From NCBI GenBank assembly GCA_051546255.1, contig CP128820.1:186001-250000 (forward strand): 64,000 nt of DNA. The letters run 5' to 3'. Of the stretch, positions 21,798 to 33,000 are shown piece by piece (position 1 is the first letter of the stretch; each line of letters begins with the position of its first letter). Position numbers and translations under genes: made by a program. This DNA comes from Meyerozyma guilliermondii. Taxonomy: Eukaryota. The notes beneath the pieces were generated by a model. That model did no database searches and was not told the origin of the DNA. It saw only the letters and a list, made by a program, of their open reading frames with translations.

Positions 21798-21935
21798 CTT
21801 CCTTGAGGTAGCTGTATATAGTATATGGATGTGTATTCTTTTCTTTTATAGTGTCTGTTTCTCATCTCGGTAACGGCGTCTCACTTTTCTCAAACTCTCA
21901 ATATTTCGCAACTACTCGCGAGTAAATAAAAGTGT

Positions 21936-24900
21936 ATGAACAACTCGCTACGCCAATGTGCCGTAGAGCGACGTCTGCTTCTCCCATATCAGTATCGTGA
22001 CTCCACAGATCATGCCTGTTCGTTATTCAGCGACAATCGTGTACTTTTACACACAAGAAGAGAAGTGATCGTTATCAGAGGATTGAGCGTCACCAAGAAA
22101 CTAGTCTATGATCTGGACGTATTGCTAGCTACTTATACCCAATTTCCAGGCCAGAATGATAAAGCTGACGAATCTGAGTGCCTTGTGGTTTGCTTGCAGA
22201 AGGCAGCTCATATTTACTACGATGATGGAAAATACTACAACTTGAGTTTCCCATTCAAGGTCAAGTCTGCATTCAAATTTGAAGCGGGTGTTGTCTTGGA
22301 AAAACACTCGTCTGATGACACCTATGTGGACCTGCTGCTCCCAGCTCGTCAATTGCATGTTGCTAGATTTCTTACCCTTGTCAGTCCAATGGGTGAATAT
22401 CGCACAATCATGTCGTCGTCAACCTCTGTTGTTTCGCCTCACGAAGAGCTATTGTGTTTTCCTCAAGTCGGGGTCCAGAAAAGGTCGTCCATATGTGCCA
22501 CGTTCAACTCGTATGATAACACTCTCCAGCTATATTCGGTTCGTTCATCTTCCCGACCCTCTGCATCTCGGTCTGGCTCCTTGCTGAACACTCGACCTCA
22601 GAAACGAAAGCATTCACTTATAGTCACACCTACAGCGTCTCGCATTCGAGAGGAGGACCCTCTGGAACTATCTCATGTACATAGCCTGCTGGTTGCTCAT
22701 CAGGCGTCGATCAATATGGAAAAGAAGCGTACCAGTACCCTATTGCTGGATGCTTCTTCCATGGCAAGAATGGGTTCCATAACGTCTGAGGGTGCTTTTG
22801 GTGACTCCAAGGTAAAACCTCTTCCTCCTTTTTTCAATACTTCTTTGAATTCGCTACAAAAAGATATGGTGCTAACCAAGATGGAAGCATTTGGAGTTAA
22901 TGCTACCAATAGTGAAATACGAGTTTTCAACCTCCATTTCGAAAATCAAGACGCAGCGGTACTTGTGAGGCCGCACAAGGAAGTTCGTATCATTATATAC
23001 GATCAATTCGTCCTGATGCTTCGTTTTCAATCGACATATACTATCAAATGTGTTGACTGCATGCCCCTCCAGGGTCCAACAAATGATGGTTTGATTCTTG
23101 TGCTCAAAGATGATACAACTCTCGCTTTGGTCAACCCATTCTTGGATCTAGTTTCGGCACCAATCTTCTTGTCGAACGAAGACGGCCGCACCTTCACTTC
23201 TATCAGCTCCACATTTGGCGACCAATTCACACTCAAAACAAACAAGTCGACTCTAGCGACCTTTAAAATGGTATTGAGTCCGAATAATCATTTAGCAAGC
23301 AAGTGTCTCTTTGCTTTCAAATATTTGTCTGGGTCGAAAATCAACCACTTGTTCTGGATGCTATGGAGAACTGCGCTCTCTCTTCTGGTAACGAGAGACG
23401 AATGGGAAGCATTCATTATTGCATTATTGGCAGCAGTCTATCCGTTTGGCAAGCCTGACTCTACCACTTCAAAGCCAGTATCTTCTAATCCAATCACAAA
23501 TCTATTGCCGATGGCTGAGAAGATTCATCGATATTACGCTTTGGACACATCTTTTGTCGAGTTGGCTCCATATATCGTTCTCTCGCTACACTTGATTCGT
23601 GAGGAGCAGCGACTCAACATACTTTGCTCCAACGAGGTATGCAGGCTAGGTGATTTGTTGGTTCAGTTGGTCACTTGGATGGGTTGGCCAGAAGAGTGGA
23701 AGAGCTACTATCTTGTGAATAAGCCTTTCAAGCTCGACAATCCCACGAGATTTTTGCTGGTTTGTTTGATGGAACATCCACCTAACTTGTTTCAGTCGTT
23801 AGCAAGCTTGTTCACCGGCCAGATTACTCGTTATTTAACATTCTCTCAACTTGTTGAAGAAAGTGGAAATGTGGATGCACAAATTATGCCCAGGACTAAC
23901 TTGATCTTGAAGATATTCGAGCTCATAGTATCACCACATTATGGTCCCAGTGATATTATCGACTTGATTTGTGAAGACGAAATTACAATGTCTGACTTGA
24001 AAACTTTACCCACTGGAATTATGCTCCCAATCATCGAGACTATTATGGTGTGCCAAGAGAATCCCGTATTTGAGTGGACTAAGAAGGCATTGGACCTAGT
24101 AGGAAGAAGAGACTTGAGTCTGTTTCTCGAGAACAGCAATAGCTGGTATTCGTCGTCGCACTCTAGTTCCATTGCAAACAGCCAACATTTCGTCAAGGAT
24201 ATGAACCACATACTATTCAACATCCTTGATAAAAATGATTCGGTGATTGCGTGGGATGGTCAATCTGAAGCCGACAGAATTAACGTTACGAAACTCGTCT
24301 TCGATCAAGATAGACGCTACTACGAGATTACAACTATTCTTCATCAGACACGGACCCAATCGGCGACTTTTCGACGACTGGAAGACATGAGTGAATATGA
24401 CTATGTGGTTCAGCTGCGTCAATTAGCTGCTTTAGTAGCGCTTCGAACCCTCACATTGCCTATGGGTCGAGCAGCATTATTCTATGCAAGCAGAATGCCT
24501 CTTTTGACAGAGAGATTTCCAATTCCCAAGTTTAACTTTAACACCTGTATTTATCCCTCGATGAACAATATCGTTCTTTCGAAGGGATCCATATCAGAGG
24601 AAACATCTGATTGGGGATACTTTCACAACGGTGTTTCTTCTGGCCTCAGCATTAACAAATCGTCGAAGGGTATCACAGGCAGTTGGATCATATACAATAA
24701 ACCACCAGAACTAAATCTGCAACATGCCGGCTTTCTATTGGGTTTGGGACTCAATGGGCATTTGAAGCGACTTGAAGAGTGGCACATTTACAACTACCTT
24801 GGACCAAAGCACCCTCTTACCAGTGTAGGGTTATTGATCGGAATGGCTGCAAGTATGAAAGGCACCTCAGACAATAAACTTACCAAAGTGTTGTCCATTC

Positions 24901-26645
24901 ATGCAGTGGCATTGCTCCCCCAAGGAGCGAATGATTTGAATGTTCCGGTGATGGTGCAAACCGCCGGCTTGATTGGTATTGGTCTTTTGTACATGGAGAC
25001 TCAACATAGACGAATGAGCGAAATCTTGCTATCTCAAATTACAGGATATGTCAATCAAAACGATTCAGAACAAATAAGTGAAAGTTATCGATTGGCTGCT
25101 GGTATTTCATTGGGATTTGTCAACTTGGGAAAGGGAAATGATTTGAAAGGGTTAAATGACACTCATGTGGTCGATAAGCTCCTTTCCTTAGCTGTATCGA
25201 TGAAGGATTTTCAGCCTGTACAAGAGCTCGATAAATCCTGTAGCGGTGCTATTATGGGACTCGGGCTCGTATACTTAAAGACGGAGAACGCAGCGGTTGC
25301 TGAGAAGCTCAAGCTTCCTAGCACAGAGCAAACGCTTGACTATGTGCGTCCTATCTTACTATTATTGCGATGCTTCACAAGAAGTATCATCATGTGGAAA
25401 TCTATCAAGCCGTCCATTTCGTGGGTGGAACTACAAGTTCCCAAGTTCGTTTCTGAGAAAATAGAGCAGAGCGGTAGACTCAACAGTGATCAATTGGGCT
25501 ACTACAACATAATGGCAGGCGCTTGTATGGCTATTGCAATCAAATATGCAAGCACCCAGAACATTGAGGCTCGTGACACAATATTTTTCTACCTTGCTTC
25601 CGTTACTAGAGCCCTCGAAAGCCTTGGCAGATCGCCTTCAAACTATGATGAAAAGTTAGCATATCGAAACTGTCACAGTATCGAAAACCTCTTGGCACTT
25701 TGCTTGTCTGTTATCATGGCAGGCAGCGGGGATTTGGAGACACTAAGGCAACTTAGAAAACTCCAAGCTGCCACCGATCAACAAATGAATTTCGGAAGCT
25801 ACATGGCTCTCAATATGGCTTTAGGATTCTTGTTTCTTGGAGGTGGTCAATATGCATTCAGTCTGTCTAATCTTGCCATCGCTAGTTTGATAACCAGCAT
25901 GTATCCAGTATTCCCGGACGAAAATAGTGAGATTGAAGCCCATTTGCAAGCGCTTCGACACTTCTGGGCACTTTCAGTTGAACCTCGATGTGTGGTTATC
26001 CGGGACGTCGACACTCGCGAGCCTTGCAAGGTTCCTGTCACCATAAGACTAAAAAGCGGAGAGATTAGAAATTTGGTTTCCCCATGTTTATTGCCAGACT
26101 TGAATGAGGTGCTGCTGGTTGAAACTCGGTCGTCGGACCATTTCAATATTCATATTGATTTCCAGCTCAATTCCGAGTACTTGGAGATCTTCAAAAAATC
26201 GCTTACACTTTACGTCTATCGCAAAAGAAACTACGACTTGTTGAGAGCTTCTGTGGAAGGGTTTTTGAAAACCGAAAATAAAACACTACAGATTCAAAAT
26301 GGAGAGTTTGAAGTCGACCACGATGTGAAAATGTTGCTAGAAGATATGCAAGTCAGCAATGGACTCTCCAAGTACGAGAAACAAGTGTGCTTGTACGAAT
26401 TCAGCGACCGACCTAATGATATTGATAACTCGAATGCTGGGCTTTCGATCTTCAACATAATAGATGGCAAGATGGAGTTGGAATCTATTGCGTCCAATCC
26501 ACAAAAGGCAGAGGATTTATGGAACCTCAAGTTGGTGTTTGCCTTTACCGATCGCAGATTAAACGACGAGCTGCACTACATCACCACAGGCTTCATAGAG
26601 CGGCTTAAACAGAAAATATGGGAGTTGGTGAACGAAGCCCGGTGA
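21936..26645 (+). CDS. APC1: Anaphase-promoting complex subunit 1
   Basis: WGYFHNGV, HAGFLLGLGLNGHL, PC repeats, MAGSGDL, HLQALRHFWAL. Confidence 0.95.
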   Translation: MNNSLRQCAVERRLLLPYQYRDSTDHACSLFSDNRVLLHTRREVIVIRGLSVTKKLVYDLDVLLATYTQFPGQNDKADESECLVVCLQKAAHIYYDDGKYYNLSFPFKVKSAFKFEAGVVLEKHSSDDTYVDLLLPARQLHVARFLTLVSPMGEYRTIMSSSTSVVSPHEELLCFPQVGVQKRSSICATFNSYDNTLQLYSVRSSSRPSASRSGSLLNTRPQKRKHSLIVTPTASRIREEDPLELSHVHSLLVAHQASINMEKKRTSTLLLDASSMARMGSITSEGAFGDSKVKPLPPFFNTSLNSLQKDMVLTKMEAFGVNATNSEIRVFNLHFENQDAAVLVRPHKEVRIIIYDQFVLMLRFQSTYTIKCVDCMPLQGPTNDGLILVLKDDTTLALVNPFLDLVSAPIFLSNEDGRTFTSISSTFGDQFTLKTNKSTLATFKMVLSPNNHLASKCLFAFKYLSGSKINHLFWMLWRTALSLLVTRDEWEAFIIALLAAVYPFGKPDSTTSKPVSSNPITNLLPMAEKIHRYYALDTSFVELAPYIVLSLHLIREEQRLNILCSNEVCRLGDLLVQLVTWMGWPEEWKSYYLVNKPFKLDNPTRFLLVCLMEHPPNLFQSLASLFTGQITRYLTFSQLVEESGNVDAQIMPRTNLILKIFELIVSPHYGPSDIIDLICEDEITMSDLKTLPTGIMLPIIETIMVCQENPVFEWTKKALDLVGRRDLSLFLENSNSWYSSSHSSSIANSQHFVKDMNHILFNILDKNDSVIAWDGQSEADRINVTKLVFDQDRRYYEITTILHQTRTQSATFRRLEDMSEYDYVVQLRQLAALVALRTLTLPMGRAALFYASRMPLLTERFPIPKFNFNTCIYPSMNNIVLSKGSISEETSDWGYFHNGVSSGLSINKSSKGITGSWIIYNKPPELNLQHAGFLLGLGLNGHLKRLEEWHIYNYLGPKHPLTSVGLLIGMAASMKGTSDNKLTKVLSIHAVALLPQGANDLNVPVMVQTAGLIGIGLLYMETQHRRMSEILLSQITGYVNQNDSEQISESYRLAAGISLGFVNLGKGNDLKGLNDTHVVDKLLSLAVSMKDFQPVQELDKSCSGAIMGLGLVYLKTENAAVAEKLKLPSTEQTLDYVRPILLLLRCFTRSIIMWKSIKPSISWVELQVPKFVSEKIEQSGRLNSDQLGYYNIMAGACMAIAIKYASTQNIEARDTIFFYLASVTRALESLGRSPSNYDEKLAYRNCHSIENLLALCLSVIMAGSGDLETLRQLRKLQAATDQQMNFGSYMALNMALGFLFLGGGQYAFSLSNLAIASLITSMYPVFPDENSEIEAHLQALRHFWALSVEPRCVVIRDVDTREPCKVPVTIRLKSGEIRNLVSPCLLPDLNEVLLVETRSSDHFNIHIDFQLNSEYLEIFKKSLTLYVYRKRNYDLLRASVEGFLKTENKTLQIQNGEFEVDHDVKMLLEDMQVSNGLSKYEKQVCLYEFSDRPNDIDNSNAGLSIFNIIDGKMELESIASNPQKAEDLWNLKLVFAFTDRRLNDELHYITTGFIERLKQKIWELVNEAR

Positions 26646-27052
26646 GAAAAGAAGTAGCTAAATATGGAGTCCTTTAATAGTTGCTTGAGCAGAAACTGCA
26701 TCAAACTCTAGCTATCAAATTTAGCCATGTGAGAATCTTCTCCACTTTTAGCCGTGCAGCTCGTGCAAATAGCTGTCGTAAAAATGCAAGATCTCGAGAT
26801 TTTGCAATTTGGGAAAATTCTACTTTTCCAGGATCAGTCAATTCAACAAGTCAATTATAAAAGCCTATTTTGGACTGCGTTACTGTATTTACACTTCTTT
26901 TTACATAGCCTTGCATCACCGTCTGAAATCTAAGCCCTTTGTAATCCTATACCGGCAAGTCCTTCCCCACCATTGTGTTCCTGCACACCGTGAAAAATTC
27001 CACTAACGGTTACAGGGCGGGTGCGTAAACCTGTTTACATTCAAACTATATT

Positions 27053-28876
27053 ATGCGTCGTTGGATAAACCTGGCCCTGGCCGCCCGTATGAGGTATCCA
27101 AAGAGTCCCATGACACACACCCCTCATGGGACAGACATTAACCAGCCATTATCAAGAGCCTCTCAAATGGCAGAAACTATTCGCTCCATGAGCACCGAAT
27201 CTAGAGCCACAACTTCGTCTACCAGCAACTGGAGACCGTTACAATCTCAGTACTATCGCCTTCCCAGAGTGCCCCGGCCCAAGAGAAACGTGCTATACTA
27301 TTCTACATGGTCCAAACCACAGCGCAAATTGAGGCTTCCACACTTGAAGTTATCGCATCGACTGATCCACAGTGCCAACCAGAAAATCAGATCCAAGACC
27401 CGCAACTTGCACAAGAGGTTCTTCTCCAAAGAGGCTCGTGCCAAGCGTAGACAGCGGAGACATTTCATTAGATGGTGGACGTTGACGTCGCTTACGGTTG
27501 TCGTGGGAGGAATGGCCGCTAAAATGAAGTACGAGCGAGGAGAACAAGACCCTAATGGCTTCAATGAATACGCCATCAAGCCCCAGTCGTGGCAGTTATA
27601 TGCTTATTCGACTCTACCACTCAAAGCCATATCTAGATTGTGGGGTAAGGTAAACCTGATTAACTTACCTGTGTGGATGAGATCTCCGTCATACAAGCTC
27701 TACTCCGCCATATTTGGTGTCAATCTTGATGAAATAGAAGAGCCGGATTTAACCACCTACAAAAATCTATCTGACTTCTTTTATAGGACACTTCGTCCTG
27801 GTGTTCGTCCCATTGCCGATGCAGATCTAGTGGCTCCATCGGACGGAAAGGTATTGAAGTTTGGCATCATCAATAACGGCGAGATAGAACAGGTCAAAGG
27901 AATGACCTACTCCATTGACGCTCTTCTCGGAATGAGCAGTACCAACCTCGCAGCTCCGTCGCATTCACCAGATTTTAGCCGCGATGACGACGATGCCACG
28001 ATCTTCCAACGAGACGAAGAGTTCGCCAAGATCAATGGTATTTCGTACTCGGTGGACGATTTGGTCGGCGGCGAAAACGACGACACCTACCATATCAACA
28101 AGTTGGAGTATCGTGATGGAGGCGATGGAACTGCAATGGGCTCCAAGTCCTCTGTTAGTCAAGAAATTTCTGTCGCCAAAAAGTTGGTCCCATCGTCAGT
28201 AGATAACTTGAAGGCAAGCAACGACAAGCAGTTGTACTTTGCAGTGATATACTTGGCCCCAGGTGATTATCACAGGTTCCACTCCCCAACTAACTGGGTT
28301 GCAACCTTGAGAAGGCACTTTATTGGCGAACTCTTTTCGGTGGCTCCATTCTTCCAAAGGACCCTCAGAGGGCTCTTCGTATTGAACGAACGGGTGGCTC
28401 TTTTAGGCTACTGGAAATACGGCTTCTTCTCGATGATCCCAGTAGGTGCTACAAACGTGGGAAGTATCATTGTCAACTTTGACAAAGATTTAAAAACCAA
28501 CGATATTTACGAAAACCTGATTTACCTGTCAAGTGTGGATGAAAAGACCCCTCTCTTGCATTCAGATGAAGAGAGTCAGGTTGGTACCGTCTACTCTGAG
28601 GAGTCAACTCAAGCGAGCTCATCAGCTGCCTCAACCAACAAAACCAAGCCAAAAAAGCTCAAGAAAAATACAGTTTATGAAGCCACATATTCCCGTGCCA
28701 GTAGGCTCCTCGGCGGCTACCCTCTAGTCAAGGGACAGGAAATAGGAGGATTCAAATTGGGTTCTACAGTGGTGTTAGTATTCGAAGCACCCACCAACTT
28801 TCAATTTAATCTTGAAGTTGGCCAACAGGTCCGGATGGGACAGAAGTTGGGAGAAATACTTGATGAAGTCGACTGA
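27053..28876 (+). CDS. PSD1: Mitochondrial phosphatidylserine decarboxylase proenzyme
   Basis: FFYRTL, PSDG, YLAPGDYHRFHSP, NERV, VGATNVGSI, LGST autocleavage motif. Confidence 0.96.
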   Translation: MRRWINLALAARMRYPKSPMTHTPHGTDINQPLSRASQMAETIRSMSTESRATTSSTSNWRPLQSQYYRLPRVPRPKRNVLYYSTWSKPQRKLRLPHLKLSHRLIHSANQKIRSKTRNLHKRFFSKEARAKRRQRRHFIRWWTLTSLTVVVGGMAAKMKYERGEQDPNGFNEYAIKPQSWQLYAYSTLPLKAISRLWGKVNLINLPVWMRSPSYKLYSAIFGVNLDEIEEPDLTTYKNLSDFFYRTLRPGVRPIADADLVAPSDGKVLKFGIINNGEIEQVKGMTYSIDALLGMSSTNLAAPSHSPDFSRDDDDATIFQRDEEFAKINGISYSVDDLVGGENDDTYHINKLEYRDGGDGTAMGSKSSVSQEISVAKKLVPSSVDNLKASNDKQLYFAVIYLAPGDYHRFHSPTNWVATLRRHFIGELFSVAPFFQRTLRGLFVLNERVALLGYWKYGFFSMIPVGATNVGSIIVNFDKDLKTNDIYENLIYLSSVDEKTPLLHSDEESQVGTVYSEESTQASSSAASTNKTKPKKLKKNTVYEATYSRASRLLGGYPLVKGQEIGGFKLGSTVVLVFEAPTNFQFNLEVGQQVRMGQKLGEILDEVD

Positions 28877-29110
28877 TTTATACCCGCTACATAGTACATT
28901 ATAAGCATTATACCATATTGGTCCTAGGCTCTTCACAATCGCGTATCACAATAAGATCACGTGCACGTATTGATCTGAAAATTGTCAACACCCAGTTTCA
29001 CATCTAAAACTACCAAGTCAAACAGACACTTTCCCATAAGTGGAGATCTGGCGAAAGCATTACAACCATTAACGTTAACTGCATCTTATTCAACTCACAT
29101 ATTATTATAC

Positions 29111-29980
29111 ATGTCTTTTTTGAATACCATCAAAGGTCTTGGAAGAAGCTCGAAAAAAACAAAGAAAGAATTAGAGTCGCCCACAGGATTATACACACAC
29201 TCTAATGCTTCTGGATCTTCGCTGAAAAGATCAACTTCTCCATCAAAGCACTCGTCGCCTTCCCGAAATCAAAGATATAACAACTTCCAGCACCTGGCCT
29301 ACTCCCGCCAAAGCTCTCCAACAAGAAGGTCTGGACGGCTGCCTGTTCGCCAACAGAATCCTGTCCCTGAAGCCCAAGAAAGTGCAAACGCCCAGCCTCC
29401 ACTTTTTCTATGTGAACCTTTTGTTAAGACAGCCTTGGTCAAAGGTTCGTATAAGACGATTGTTCAACTTCCCAAGTACGTGGAGTTCCGGGAATGGATT
29501 GCGTTGAATATTTTCGAGCAGTTTAACAACTTGAATCAATGCCACGGCGTTATATCTGAATTCTGCACGCAAGAAACATGCCCAGTCATGAATGCTGGGC
29601 CCAAGACGAACTATCTTTGGATAGATTCTTCGGGCAATGCAGTAAACCTCCCAGCATATCAATACATTGATTACGTGTTAACGTGGATATCTGCAAAGTT
29701 GAACGACCAGTCGGTGTTTCCCACAAAAAACGGAGGAGCTTTTCCCCCCACTTCTATGAAAGATTGCAAAAATATCGTCAGGCAGATGTTCCGAGTGTTC
29801 GCTCACATATACCATAATCATTTTGAGCAGATTCTCCATCTATCTTTGGAGGCACACTGGAACTCGTTTTTTGCACATTTCATAAGTTTTGTAAAAGAGT
29901 ATGAATTGATCGATAGACTGGAGCTATCGCCATTGTTACCTCTTGTGGAAAACTTGGAAGCTCAGGGTAAGATCATATAA
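29111..29980 (+). CDS. MOB2: Mob2 kinase activator (RAM network)
   Basis: FLCEPFVKTALVKGSYKTIVQLPKYV, FAHIYHNHF, EAHWNSFF; first ATG at 29111. Confidence 0.95.
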   Translation: MSFLNTIKGLGRSSKKTKKELESPTGLYTHSNASGSSLKRSTSPSKHSSPSRNQRYNNFQHLAYSRQSSPTRRSGRLPVRQQNPVPEAQESANAQPPLFLCEPFVKTALVKGSYKTIVQLPKYVEFREWIALNIFEQFNNLNQCHGVISEFCTQETCPVMNAGPKTNYLWIDSSGNAVNLPAYQYIDYVLTWISAKLNDQSVFPTKNGGAFPPTSMKDCKNIVRQMFRVFAHIYHNHFEQILHLSLEAHWNSFFAHFISFVKEYELIDRLELSPLLPLVENLEAQGKII

Positions 29981-30080
29981 TCTGTACGTATGAGTCTATT
30001 CGTTTATGTACAGTGAAATTATTTTGCAAAAAAAGTATATACAACCGTTTTGAAAATGTTAGATATGTGTTTCTCGTTAT

Positions 30081-33000
30081 TCATGAAAAGAAGTAAGGAG
30101 AGTCCATTACAGCTTTGACATCAAGTTCTCCCTTTGGTGGTATGCTGGGGAATGTCAATGGAGCAAGAACTTGGGTAGCCTTACTGGCGGAGGCTCCAAC
30201 CGCAATTGCATTCATGTCATAGCCTTCAGTCACACTTACAGTTGTCACCATTTGACGTCCTGCTTCGACCATTTGCGGATCATCTGATTCCAACAATTGT
30301 TGTCTCTTGTTCTCCAAATAGATCTCATCAGCTACAGTTAGTGCTCTTCCAAGGTCTTTAACAATTCCTCTCCGAACCTCCTTGATTTTGATTGCAACTT
30401 CATGATTGCCAGGAATTGTTATTACCTGCAAAAACCCTTTATACCGCTTCTCGAATTCGTCTCTTAACTTGACAATAAGATTCTCCCCATGTAAAGCGAC
30501 AAACTGTTCACGAATGTGTGTGTTCATCGTATCGACATCACAGGCGTGTGTCCAATACGAGTCATGAACTGCAGCGAAAGCCAATCCCAGCTGTCCACAC
30601 GCTCTCGCTGTCATGAGCATATGGGTAGCGTCAAGCGAGTGGACAAAGTTAGGAGGAAAGGCAGATTGTTGCTTTCTGGCATCCACCTGACTGGCACCGA
30701 ATGGATCGGAAATGACAATATCTTGCAAGTTTGTGTGGACAATTTGCTTCTTGGTCACACGATAAGGTTGTACGCAAGGAAGACCAAGTGGAGTCGTCCA
30801 GATGACTGAAGACAAATGACTGGGTTTGTCTGAGCTTTGAACGGGATTTTCCTCTGCATCTGTACGAACAGACTTAGAAATTCTTTTAGCAGCTTCACCG
30901 AGCCAGTCTTGAATCAAGTGAGCTCCCGAGAATAACTCTCTCATGGAAGCAAACACAAGCATGGTCAAATATCTCGAATAGTCTGCAACTTTGTCTTGGT
31001 CTTCTTTAGAAAAGTATTGGTCAATTTGCTTTTGAATTTGCGCAACGGCACCGACAAAAGTGACACCATAAACGTTTGTCATCACAGTCTGTTTCACAAC
31101 CTTCCGTGTAATCTTGTCACGGAGAAACAATGCGTATTCATTACCTGCTTCTGCCTCTGCGTCGACTCTTTTCTGAACCAAACTTGCAACGAAACTGTAG
31201 ACGTCTTGAGGACGGTCTGCTGGAATCAAATTGACTTGACGAGCTCCTTCAAAGTCTCCTCCTAGAGCGGCATAATGCTGGAGACCATTACAGGTACCGT
31301 CTTGATGAATAGGAAGGTGCGATATATGTTCAGTGGGATCTTCGAGGTCATAAGCACGCTTCAACTCAAAGCAAACTCCCAATACTTGCCATGGCTTCTC
31401 TGCCTTTTTCCACCATGCATCTTCGGCGAGAGGGTTCTTTGCAGATTCGATTATATGATGCAAATTATCATCCACAAACTGAACACGCTCGTGAAGAGGA
31501 GCCTTATTGATACCGTACAAATTGGCCAAGTGGATCTTGATCCATTCTAAACCTCTGGCACCTACCTTTTTCCCATCCCAGAATAAGAACAATGATCTTG
31601 TCATGTCATTGCCTAGATGGTTAAAGTGAGGAGACAAAGGATATGCTCTTCCTCTGAAATCCACATTGTGTGAAAAATAGAGCTTTTCACCCAAAAAGGC
31701 TCGAGCAATCTCTAACCTATAGTTAGTGTCACATCTCTGTGATCTTGCAGATGCAGCATCATTCATAAGTTGCCTGAGTCTTCTTTGATAATCTGTTTTC
31801 TGCAATGGATCGGCATCGATTGGTGGAGGAGGAGGTATGTCTAGTTCCTCGACAATCGAAGGAATATCCAAGAACTTTTCGCCAGAATTCCAATAATGGG
31901 AAATGACATCGAAAACCTCATGGTTGATGGTCCAACAAGTTTCTCCCAATACATTCAATCCCTCGTACACCTGGTCCAAGTTACCCATATCTGATGCTGC
32001 TTTCAAGTAGGCGTTTGTTTCTGCTGAGTCCTTAATTCTGATGATATTGTTCTGCGAGAATAAGTATCCTCCGTCATTATAAGCCACCCATGGTCTGGGT
32101 GGAACAAGCATAGGAAGCAACTGGGGCTGAACAGCATTGCTCAAAGCATTGCCCGCAAGCTGACGAATGAGAGATTTATGAACCTTCAAAACACCTAGAC
32201 GCTGTCCTTGAAGAAACTGGTATGTGTGGTGAAATGCTGGCTGCATGGTTTTGACTTGTTTTCCAGTTACTGGGTCTGTTCCTTTAACTGAAACTTTCGC
32301 CACATGCATCAATAATGAGGTCAAGACTGAACCGACCTTGGCGTAAATAGGGTAGTCCCACTCGTTTGTTGCGTTGGGATTTTCCTTACTGTAATCTTTT
32401 CTGGTTCTCAAGATCTTTTTCCATTGATTCGTTGTCTTGAGCTTCTTGGAAAGCGACCTCCTTTCGGCTTCAACCAAGTTTTGTGACTTATATTCGAGCT
32501 CAAGAGCTTTCCCCACGGAAATAACCGCACGAGCAGTTCTCATTCCGTCCACGATACCTCCAGTGGAATTTAATTTCAACAACTCCAAAATAGTGATCAC
32601 GGCCATTTTCTTTGGTGGAACCAAAATCATGTATGGTGCGTAATATGATCTTTCTTTCATCTGAGCAGCCTCCTCAGGTTTACAGTCTTTCACATCTAGT
32701 TCACCCGCGACTATCTTTCTGCAAATTTTCGCTTCTTTCTCGACATAGGGAAGCATATCAGAGTACCATTTGAACAATTGAACATTGAGGTTTTTGTGGA
32801 TGGCAAACGCACCTCTTTTCTGCATTTCCTCATACTCATGTTTCCATTTCTCTCTGGCTCCATCCACACCTCGCAATTCCAACTGTCTTTGACGACTTTC
32901 GTTAAATAAATCGAGTGCTTCATTGAACTTTTGACGCTGTTCGTCAGACTTCAAGCTTCGGTATACTGCAAAGTAGTCCTTTTTGTGACCCTTGACATTG

